DNA of 37,684 nt from Fibrobacterota bacterium (GTDB lineage Bacteria; Fibrobacterota; Fibrobacteria; UBA5070), in assembly GCA_036771135.1 (NCBI GenBank), contig DAIPHW010000006.1, positions 1 through 37,684 of the forward strand. Direction: 5' to 3'. Position numbers and translations under genes: made by a program. Under the pieces are notes generated by a model that was not told where the DNA came from, made no database searches, and saw only the letters and a program-made list of their open reading frames with translations. This document shows, in pieces, positions 1 through 6,865 of the stretch (positions are counted from its first letter, which is position 1; each line of letters starts with the position of its first letter).

Positions 1-1
1 G

Positions 2-160
2 GCCGACCCGACCCTGGCGCAAGTGGGATGGGCCTATATTTTTCAGGCCTTACGTGAATGCGGCGGCGCGCGTGCTGACGCCGCCCGAAGGTTGGGGGTC
101 CCCCCCGCATGGCTGGACGTGAAACTTGACCAATTCGACTCGGGAGCCTTGGATGCTTGA
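2..160 (+). CDS. 3' end of a sigma-54-dependent (NtrC-family) transcriptional activator; only the Fis-type HTH tail lies in the window
   Basis: Frame 2 is open from the window edge to TGA 158-160. It reads ADPTLAQVGWAYIFQALRECGGARADAARRLGVPPAWLDVKLDQFDSGALDA, the typical C-terminal HTH_8 of bacterial enhancer-binding proteins. It is not in the ORF track because it has no start inside the window. Confidence 0.6.
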   Translation, partial: ADPTLAQVGWAYIFQALRECGGARADAARRLGVPPAWLDVKLDQFDSGALDA

Positions 161-2216
161 CCATCGACAACTGCGCGGCTTAGGGATCGCCCTCCTCTTG
201 GCTGGCCTCGCCCAGGCAGAGACTTCCTTGGAAGCCACGCCTTTCGAAGTTCAGGTGGCCCAAGGACTGCGCCGCATCGACACACTTCGCTCGCTGGCAC
301 CAGTCTTAGCTGACGCCCTGGAAGGTCGCACCACCTCCGGAGCTGGCCAAGCCGCCCTGGCCAGCCTGCCCGTGAACCAGCCCGGACTCGTCGCCCTGGG
401 ACAGGCGGGACAAGCGGTGCTGCTAGAAACAAAACAGCATGGATCGGCTCTGCCGCAAGTTTCCCAGGCAATCCGGACAGCTGGCGACGATTTCGGGACA
501 GCCTGGCTGACAAGCCTTGCCATGGTTCACGCCCAATCCCCTCAAGGAGCTTCAGCGGCCTTGCAAGGGCTGGAAACATCGGCGCTTATCCAAGGCTGGC
601 AGCGCCTTCCCGAGGCCTCCTCTTGGCTTCTGGAGTTGGCAGCCAAGGCCGACCAACCGGAAATGGCCGACACCCTTTACCAGTGTGCACTTCGGCTGGA
701 TCCCGTCTCTCCAGTTCCCGCCCTCGTGCTCGCGCGCCACCGGCTTCTGCAATTCGATCTCGATCAAGCATCCGAGGCCTTTCATCAGACCTTTGTTCGT
801 GCCTGGACCTACCCGCAAAACCAGGTCCTTTGGGTCTTGAACCTGATCCGAGCACTGCGCACCATCGGCCTATTGGCCGCTTTCCTGATCCTCTTCGGTT
901 GGGGCACGCGCCACTGGCCCTGGATCACCCACGGCTGGGCCGAGAAGTTGCCTCGGGAAAGTTCCATCTACCTGCGCTACGTCGTCTGCGCCATTGCCTT
1001 CGCAAGCCTGCTTTTGGCCGGAGTCGGTGCCTACATCATCTTCCTCCTGGGCTCCTTCTTGATCTGGAAGCATCTGTCCAGCAAACAGCGCGTGCTGTTG
1101 GGAGTGCTGCTGCTCTTCATTGGCATCCAAGGTTTCCTGACGGCCTCCGAAGACATCCTGGCCGAGAGCTACGACATGGAATCCTCCGAGTCGTTGACGC
1201 TTCGCAGCATCGAAGAAGGCGCCTCGCCCCAACTCGCCGCCGCCGTTCAAGATGCCCAGGCCCCCTTGGCAAAGAGCCTGATCGCCTTCAAGTCTGGCGC
1301 CGTGGCCCAGGCCGCCCAGAACGCCCCCTCCGGTGGCATCCGCGAACTGATCATGGCCGGCAATCTCGCGTTCGTGCAAGGCCGCTACGACATCGCCCAC
1401 CAGCGTTTTGAAGACGCGCGCCGCGCCGATTCTCTGAACCCGATTTTGTCGTTCAATCGTGGGCAGGTCGCCTCCTGGACCGGTCATACGGACTCCCTGA
1501 ACGCCTTTCTCAAGGATGCATCGCTTGCCGGCAAGACGCGTTTTGAGCTAGCCGTATCTCAAAACAGCCGCTTTTTGCAGAGCCTGCCCACCAACCGTCA
1601 AGTCCTGCCACCGGAGCTTTCGGCCCGCGCCACTTGGATGCGCATTGGCGACCGCTTCTCTGACCCGACTAACTGGATTTTCGCCAAGGGCTCTGCCGGA
1701 GTGCTGGAAATTCCCAACGCACTGCTTTTCTGGATTTCGCTTGCGCTTCTGGCGTACCTACTCGTCACGGGAAATCGCCGCAACCAGGCACGCGACCTGT
1801 TCCGCTGCAAGACCTGCGGACGGGTGATGTGCCGCCACTGCCGCCGCGGCCTGCACTGCATTTCGTGCTTCCGTCGCCTTTCCACCGTAAGCGAGCTGGA
1901 GCTTCGCAACGAACTGCTGCTGCGTCTGGAACGCGAAGGCATCCAACGGACACGCTTTCTGCTACGCCTACTGGATCTTCTTCTGCCGGGTGTTGGCTCC
2001 TTTGCCCAGTCGGGCAGTTTCTGGGCACTGGTACGGCTAGTGCTCTTGGCCTTTGGCTTTTCCATGCTCTTCGACCTGCCAGCCATCCTGAGTCGCTATC
2101 CCTTTGCCCAATACTCCCCCGGCAGCCTTCCCTTCGTCCTGCTCTTAGCCATTCTCTACGGCACCAGCGTATTCCTCTTCCTGCGCCCCTCCCGGAGCGC
2201 CTCTCCCAAGGATTAA
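153..2216 (+). CDS. Polytopic membrane protein with TPR-like segments and a six-cysteine zinc-ribbon-like cluster (function unknown)
   Basis: ORF 126..2216. The in-frame ATG at 153 gives MLDHRQLRGLGIALLLAGLAQA, which is signal-peptide-like. Several long hydrophobic helices are present (LLAAFLILFGWG, VVCAIAFASLLLAGVGAYIIFLLGSFLIW, VLLGVLLLFIGIQGFL, LLFWISLALLAYLLV, WALVRLVLLAFGFSMLF, FVLLLAILYGTSVFLFL). There is a TPR-like stretch GNLAFVQGRYDIAHQRFEDARRADSLNP. The cysteine cluster is CKTCGRVMCRHCRRGLHCISC (nt 1806-1868). The start overlaps the upstream stop by 8 nt. Confidence 0.75.
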   Translation: MLDHRQLRGLGIALLLAGLAQAETSLEATPFEVQVAQGLRRIDTLRSLAPVLADALEGRTTSGAGQAALASLPVNQPGLVALGQAGQAVLLETKQHGSALPQVSQAIRTAGDDFGTAWLTSLAMVHAQSPQGASAALQGLETSALIQGWQRLPEASSWLLELAAKADQPEMADTLYQCALRLDPVSPVPALVLARHRLLQFDLDQASEAFHQTFVRAWTYPQNQVLWVLNLIRALRTIGLLAAFLILFGWGTRHWPWITHGWAEKLPRESSIYLRYVVCAIAFASLLLAGVGAYIIFLLGSFLIWKHLSSKQRVLLGVLLLFIGIQGFLTASEDILAESYDMESSESLTLRSIEEGASPQLAAAVQDAQAPLAKSLIAFKSGAVAQAAQNAPSGGIRELIMAGNLAFVQGRYDIAHQRFEDARRADSLNPILSFNRGQVASWTGHTDSLNAFLKDASLAGKTRFELAVSQNSRFLQSLPTNRQVLPPELSARATWMRIGDRFSDPTNWIFAKGSAGVLEIPNALLFWISLALLAYLLVTGNRRNQARDLFRCKTCGRVMCRHCRRGLHCISCFRRLSTVSELELRNELLLRLEREGIQRTRFLLRLLDLLLPGVGSFAQSGSFWALVRLVLLAFGFSMLFDLPAILSRYPFAQYSPGSLPFVLLLAILYGTSVFLFLRPSRSASPKD

Positions 2217-2220
2217 CCCG

Positions 2221-3339
2221 ATGGCACAGGCACTCAACGGACAGCTCAAGGACTTTCCCCTAGCGGATGTATTGCAGTTTATTCTGCAACAGCGCAAAAG
2301 CGGGCGTTTGCTCCTCTCGGCCCGCACCCAGAAGGCCGAGATCGGCATCCAGCGCGGCAACATCGCCTACATAGAATCGGACGGTCGCACCGTCGAGACG
2401 CAGATTGCGCGTTGGCTGCAGACTAGCGGCCGCATCACCGCCGACGAGCTCTTGGGACTCGAAAACGTCTCGCGGCAAATGGATCGAAGCGTCCTGGAGA
2501 CGCTGGTGGCCAAGCGCTTCATCACCGCCGAGGAGCGCACCGAGTGGGCCCACTACGCCGCTGAGGATCTGGTCTGCGACCTTTTTGCTTGGCAGGACGG
2601 CAGCTATGAGTTCAACACTGAACTCCCCGCCACCAGCCCGCGCAATATTCCGCTGAACCTTTCCACTGAGATGATCAGCATGGAAGGCATGCGTCGCTCG
2701 GACGAATGGCCTCGCCTTTTGGGACGTTTCCCCAGCCCCGAGATCTGCGCGTCCCGCGGCCAGGTTCCCCTCACCGAGATCGAACCCGGGCCCGAGCGCA
2801 TGATCCTGGAAGCGCTTCCGGACGGCGACGAGCAGATGAGCCTGCTTTCCCTGGAGAAGGTGCTGCCCTTCACGCGCTACCGCATCTACGAGGTGCTTTC
2901 AGCTTACGGTGACCAGGGTTTCGTGCGGTTGCACGTCGAGGGCCAGACGCTCGGCTCCATCCCGGTCGCCATCGTCGAATCCCGTCCGGCTTCGGCGTCG
3001 CATTCGGCCATCTTGGTCTTCGTAGCCCTGGCCATCGTCGTCGCCGCCTCGCTAATTCATCTGGCCGTCTTCCAAGGCCGCTCGGTGCTGCTGGATGGCC
3101 ACGCCGGATCTTGTCTCCAGGCCAAGGCGCGCTTTGATGCCGGAAAGCTCCACGTCGCAGCCCTGGCCACCCGCATCGAAACGGGTGCCTGGCCTCGCTC
3201 GACCTCCAGCCTCAGTTGGAAATTTGCGCGTCCCGAACTGGAATTGACACGAGGCATTGACTATCGCTTGCGAATTCCAGACAATGAAGGTCCTACGATC
3301 GTGATCGACCCATCTCTCAGGAGCATCACCAAGCCATGA
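2221..3339 (+). CDS. DUF4388 (PATAN-type) domain protein with a C-terminal transmembrane helix
   Basis: The N-terminus GQLKDFPLADVLQFILQQRKSGRLLLSARTQKAEIGIQRGNIAYIESDG is the hallmark opening of DUF4388. A hydrophobic helix AILVFVALAIVVAASLIHLAVF lies near the C-terminus. The gene starts 4 nt after the upstream stop. Confidence 0.8.
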   Translation: MAQALNGQLKDFPLADVLQFILQQRKSGRLLLSARTQKAEIGIQRGNIAYIESDGRTVETQIARWLQTSGRITADELLGLENVSRQMDRSVLETLVAKRFITAEERTEWAHYAAEDLVCDLFAWQDGSYEFNTELPATSPRNIPLNLSTEMISMEGMRRSDEWPRLLGRFPSPEICASRGQVPLTEIEPGPERMILEALPDGDEQMSLLSLEKVLPFTRYRIYEVLSAYGDQGFVRLHVEGQTLGSIPVAIVESRPASASHSAILVFVALAIVVAASLIHLAVFQGRSVLLDGHAGSCLQAKARFDAGKLHVAALATRIETGAWPRSTSSLSWKFARPELELTRGIDYRLRIPDNEGPTIVIDPSLRSITKP

Positions 3340-4139
3340 GCACGAATCAGAATTCGAGGCTTGCGGAGCTTCTGGACAGCCGTTCAGATACCCGGGACAT
3401 GCTTTCTGCTTGTCCAAACCTGGCCCATGCTTGCCTCTTGCTGGAACGCGGCGAAATAGACTTGGCGCGTCGCGAACTGCTGCTGGGCCTAAAGGAAAGC
3501 TCTTCGGACGCCCAGATCATCGGGCGCTGCATCGAGGCCGAACTGCTGCGCGCCGAAGGCGATCTTGACGGAGCCTGGCAGCACGCCCTGGAATGCGCCC
3601 AGGAAAATCGCCTTCACAGCGCTGCGGCCCTCTACTTGCGCCAACTTTTTCCGCTTGCCGGATCATCCACCTCAGCGTCCATCGCCACCACAACGGAAAC
3701 ACCAGACGAAGTGGAAGTGGCCGGAGACGTTTCCGAAGCCGCCGCGTCCGTTGCAGAACCTTCGGTCTCCGAACCGGTTTCCGTCCTGGATGCAGAAGTT
3801 CAACCCCGACCTTCTGACGGGGTGTTTCCCGAAACTTGGCAACCGATTCTCGACGGACCTGGAATCGTGGGAGTGCGCCTGGATGCCTCGCAAGAAATCG
3901 CGGTCCACGGCAGTGACCTGGCCCCGTTGATTCCCTTGCTCGATTGGTTGGCCTCCGACCTATTTCCCCAGGCGGGTATGGGAAGCCTCCAGCACGCAGC
4001 CTTCGAAGGCGCGCAGCGCTCGCTCCATCATTGGAACCAATCTCCGCGCCTGACGGCCCTGCTTGAAACCGACCAGCATTCGCCAATGTTGGCGGCACGC
4101 CTCAGCAAAGCGCATCGCGAATGGGAGAACGAGGCATGA
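3336..4139 (+). CDS. Hypothetical protein: TPR-like N-terminus, acidic Ser/Thr/Glu linker, Roadblock-like C-terminal region
   Basis: ATGA start/stop overlap with the upstream gene (3336-3339). The N-terminus contains helical repeat-like LLLERGEIDLARRELLLGLKE...LLRAEGDLDGAWQHALECAQ. The C-terminus WQPILDGPGIVGVRLDASQEIAVHGSDLAPLIPLLDWLASDLF... follows the Roadblock/LC7 pattern but is weak. Confidence 0.65.
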   Translation: MSTNQNSRLAELLDSRSDTRDMLSACPNLAHACLLLERGEIDLARRELLLGLKESSSDAQIIGRCIEAELLRAEGDLDGAWQHALECAQENRLHSAAALYLRQLFPLAGSSTSASIATTTETPDEVEVAGDVSEAAASVAEPSVSEPVSVLDAEVQPRPSDGVFPETWQPILDGPGIVGVRLDASQEIAVHGSDLAPLIPLLDWLASDLFPQAGMGSLQHAAFEGAQRSLHHWNQSPRLTALLETDQHSPMLAARLSKAHREWENEA

Positions 4140-4534
4140 ACGCACCGATCGGACAGATCGAATGGAGCGACGACCTCGACGTGCTGTGCAGCTATCTGTC
4201 GCAGGTCGACGGCCTTGAAGGCGCCCTGCTGCTAGATGACGAAGGTCTGACACTAGCTTTGGGAAGCGACTCAACGCCTGAGGTCTCGGAAATTGCTCCC
4301 TGGCTATTGCAGTCGCTGCTCGAATCCAGAGATTTTGCCAAGGCCCACGCCTTGGAGCTTCCCGAAGAGCAAATTTCCTTCACGCCATTGCGGTTCCAGC
4401 TCTGCCGAAGAATCGGGCCAAGTTATCTTGTGACGCAAGGAACACGCGGAAGCTACGAACTTTTCCAAGGCCGCATCGAGCGCTGCTCACAGATGATGGA
4501 CCAGGCTCTCAGGCAAAGGAGACTTGCGGAGTGA
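4136..4534 (+). CDS. Roadblock/LC7 (MglB-like) domain protein
   Basis: LCSYLSQVDGLEGALLLDDEGLTLALGSDSTPEVSEIAPWLLQSL matches the Roadblock/LC7 N-terminal pattern. ATG 4136 forms an ATGA overlap with the upstream stop; ATG 4121 in the same frame is an alternative start. Confidence 0.7.
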   Translation: MNAPIGQIEWSDDLDVLCSYLSQVDGLEGALLLDDEGLTLALGSDSTPEVSEIAPWLLQSLLESRDFAKAHALELPEEQISFTPLRFQLCRRIGPSYLVTQGTRGSYELFQGRIERCSQMMDQALRQRRLAE

Positions 4535-4869
4535 ACATGCAAGAAGTGCTCGAAAACGTGAACCGCACCAAAGGGGTGCTCGCAAGCGCGCTGGTCGGTG
4601 AGGATGGCATCCTCATCGCCGCCGAAGCTAGCGACCCCTCGCAAGTTGAACTCGTCTCGGCGCTGGCCGTCTCGCTTGCCGACGCCAGCGTAAAGCTTGC
4701 CGAGGCATGCTCGGCCGGAGCCGTCGCCCAGGTGCTGCTCGAAGGCGAAAATGGCAAGGTGCTGCTCCAGAAGACAGAACTCGGCTGGCTCATTGCCCTG
4801 ACGGCCGCCGCCGCCAACGTCGGCCTGATCCGCGTGGAGATGAAGCTCGCCTCCCAGAGGATTGCCTGA
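4531..4869 (+). CDS. Roadblock/LC7 (MglB/MglC-like) domain protein
   Basis: MQEVLENVNRTKGVLASALVGEDGILIAAEASDPSQVELVSALAVSLADASVKLAE...GKVLLQKTELGWLIALTAAAANVGLIRVEMKLASQRI is a full-length Roadblock pattern. GTG 4531 overlaps the upstream TGA (GTGA). AGGAG at 4517-4521 is a candidate RBS. ATG 4537 is an alternative start. Confidence 0.8.
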   Translation: MNMQEVLENVNRTKGVLASALVGEDGILIAAEASDPSQVELVSALAVSLADASVKLAEACSAGAVAQVLLEGENGKVLLQKTELGWLIALTAAAANVGLIRVEMKLASQRIA

Positions 4870-6410
4870 TGGCCTCCATTAACTACCACACTCGTGAAAT
4901 CAGCTGCAAGATCGTCTACTACGGCCCAGGCCTCTCGGGTAAGACGACCAACTTGCAGATCATCCACCGCAAGGTGCCCAAAGAAAACAAGAGCGAGATG
5001 GTCTCACTGGCCACCGAGACCGACCGCACGCTCTTTTTCGACTTTTTGCCACTAGATCTCGGTTCCATCAAAGGGTTTGCCACCAAGTTCCAGCTCTATA
5101 CCGTTCCTGGACAGGTCTACTACAACGCCACCCGCAAACTGGTGCTGCGCGGCGTGGATGGCGTGGTCTTTGTCGCCGACTCCCAACGCGACAAGATGCC
5201 CGAGAACCTGGAAAGCCTCAAGAACCTGGAAGAGAACCTGCGCGAGTACGGCATCGAACTGCGCACCACGCCGTTCGTGCTGCAGTACAACAAGCGAGAC
5301 CTGCCCGGCATCTTCACCGTCGAAGAGATGAACACCCAGATCAACTTCTACGGGGTGCCGGCCTACGAGGCCCAGGCCCATCAGGGCGTTGGGGTCTTTA
5401 CCACGCTCAAGGCCATTGGCAAGGTGGTCATCGACACCTTCAACACCAAGTATTCCTCGCGCCAGACCTCGCGGCGTCCCGAGCCAGCCTCTTCCGCGCC
5501 ACCAGCCCCTATGCCCACCATCCCGCCGCCACCGGCGCCTGTCGGACTGCACATGCCTCCGCCACCGGCTCCAATCGCGGCTCCGGAAAGTCGCGGCTCG
5601 CGCAGCGGCTTCGTCCCCCCGATGCCTCCGCGGCCGGTGGGGCCTCCGCCAGCACCTCAACCGCTCCGCCCTCCCCCTCCTGCTGCGGTGTTGCCACCTC
5701 CGCTTGCCCCGGCTCCAGCTTGGCCGGCTGCTGCTGCCGTTCCGTCGGGCAGTTTCACACCGCCCCCCCCGGTTGCGCCTCAACCCATCCAGCCGCCTCC
5801 CATGATGCCGCCCCAAATGCCGGCACCAGTTCCACCGCCGCCACCAGCAGACTCTGGTGTTCAATCGGCCTTGGTTGGTGGCTATGGCATGGATCTTCCG
5901 CCTGCGGCTCCCCCGCCAGCGCAATCCATTCCCACCCTCTCGACCACCGGCTTTGCTCCTCCCCCTCCTCCAGCGGCAGGAGTGAATCCAATTCCCGGCC
6001 TGCAGTCGAGCTATTTCCAGCCACCTCAGCCGCAACAGCAGGCTCCGGCTGCGCCTGTACCGGCCGCGCCACCGCCCAACGCCCCCACCTTCCGCAAAGG
6101 ACGTTTGGATGGAACCATGGACGCCAAGGAACTCGAAGAAGAGATCGCCCGCATGGAGCGGGAACTGCACAACGTTCGGCCTCCGGTGAATCCTCCTGCA
6201 GCGGCCCCCTCCGTGATGCCGCCTCCGGCCACGGCACCACTCCCGGCGGCGCGTCCTAGCGAGCCGTTCCAGTTCAATCCGCCGGTGAATGCAGATCCGG
6301 CCTTTTCCGATGCGTTCCTGAGCCCGGAAGAAATCCGCCAGTTCCAGCAGAACAGTCACGACTATCCCACCCAACGACTGCCGATGAATCCCGGCAACGG
6401 GCAGGCTTAA
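4869..6410 (+). CDS. mglA: MglA-family Ras-like GTPase (aa 1-~195) fused in frame to a ~320-aa proline-rich low-complexity tail
   Basis: MASINYHTREISCKIVYYGPGLSGKTTNLQ..SLATETDRTLFFDFLPL..LYTVPGQVYYNATRKLVLRGVDGVVFVADSQ..LQYNKRDL is near-collinear with Myxococcus MglA. Conserved elements are the P-loop GPGLSGKTT, the intrinsic Arg in TDRTLFFD, the catalytic Gln in TVPGQV and NKRD. ATG 4869 overlaps the upstream stop (TGATG); the ORF-track extension back to 4707 overlaps the Roadblock gene and is not needed. The same frame continues without a stop through polyproline sequence to TAA 6408-6410. Confidence 0.9.
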   Translation: MASINYHTREISCKIVYYGPGLSGKTTNLQIIHRKVPKENKSEMVSLATETDRTLFFDFLPLDLGSIKGFATKFQLYTVPGQVYYNATRKLVLRGVDGVVFVADSQRDKMPENLESLKNLEENLREYGIELRTTPFVLQYNKRDLPGIFTVEEMNTQINFYGVPAYEAQAHQGVGVFTTLKAIGKVVIDTFNTKYSSRQTSRRPEPASSAPPAPMPTIPPPPAPVGLHMPPPPAPIAAPESRGSRSGFVPPMPPRPVGPPPAPQPLRPPPPAAVLPPPLAPAPAWPAAAAVPSGSFTPPPPVAPQPIQPPPMMPPQMPAPVPPPPPADSGVQSALVGGYGMDLPPAAPPPAQSIPTLSTTGFAPPPPPAAGVNPIPGLQSSYFQPPQPQQQAPAAPVPAAPPPNAPTFRKGRLDGTMDAKELEEEIARMERELHNVRPPVNPPAAAPSVMPPPATAPLPAARPSEPFQFNPPVNADPAFSDAFLSPEEIRQFQQNSHDYPTQRLPMNPGNGQA

Positions 6411-6412
6411 GC

Positions 6413-6865
6413 ATGAGCAATTTCATCCTCTACAAGGAAGACATCGACCGCCTGAACAAGGTGATGGCAAAGCTCTTGGCTTCGGCCAGCGCCACCTTCG
6501 TGTTGCTGGTGCACAAGGACGGCAATCTGCTCACCCATCAGGGATTCACGCGTTCCTTCGATACGACCGCCTTGGCAGCGCTGGCTGCCGGCTCCTATGC
6601 CGCCACTCGCGCCATCGCCCAGCTCATCGGCGAAAACGAGTTCACGGTGCTCTTCCACAAGGGCAAGACCGACAGCATCCACATCAGCCTGGTGGACGAA
6701 GACACCATCATGGTCTTGGTCTTTGACGACCGCACCAATCAGGGCATGATCCGGGTGGAATCCGAACGCGCTAGCCAAGACATCCGCACCATCCTCGACG
6801 ACGTGCGCAAGAACGAGTTCACCGACCTGGAAACCGCTACCGGCTCTAAGCCTACGCACGCTTGA
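6413..6865 (+). CDS. mglB: MglB, Roadblock/LC7-type GTPase-activating protein of MglA
   Basis: LYKEDIDRLNKVMAKLL..ATFVLLVHKDGNLLTHQG..FDTTALAALAAGSYAATRAIAQLIGENEF..FHKGKTDSIHISLV...LVFDDRTNQGMIRVESERASQDI parallels Myxococcus MglB (..VFLVDKNGQLISSAG...IDTTSLASLTAGNVAAMGGLAKLIGENEF..). The gene starts 2 nt after the mglA stop. Confidence 0.9.
   Translation: MSNFILYKEDIDRLNKVMAKLLASASATFVLLVHKDGNLLTHQGFTRSFDTTALAALAAGSYAATRAIAQLIGENEFTVLFHKGKTDSIHISLVDEDTIMVLVFDDRTNQGMIRVESERASQDIRTILDDVRKNEFTDLETATGSKPTHA

Noticed and set aside
4707-4868. N-terminal extensions offered by the ORF track for mglA (4707), rpoN (10908), hit (13671), gluQ (14591), the DUF2334 gene (20784), GH35 (26923), the GH43-like gene (24080), vat (29843), the AraC gene (35360) and ribB (36123).
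   Set aside because: Each extension overlaps the preceding gene, or the riboswitch, and translates to Arg/Pro-rich nonsense. Internal starts give canonical N-termini, signal peptides, RBS motifs or 1-4-nt start/stop overlaps.
5450-6300. Possible tandem DNA repeat or VNTR underlying the polyproline region of mglA.
   Set aside because: The region is compositionally biased (CCG/CCA/CCT/GCN codons). I could not find exact or near-exact repeating nucleotide units, so the repetition is at amino-acid-composition level only.
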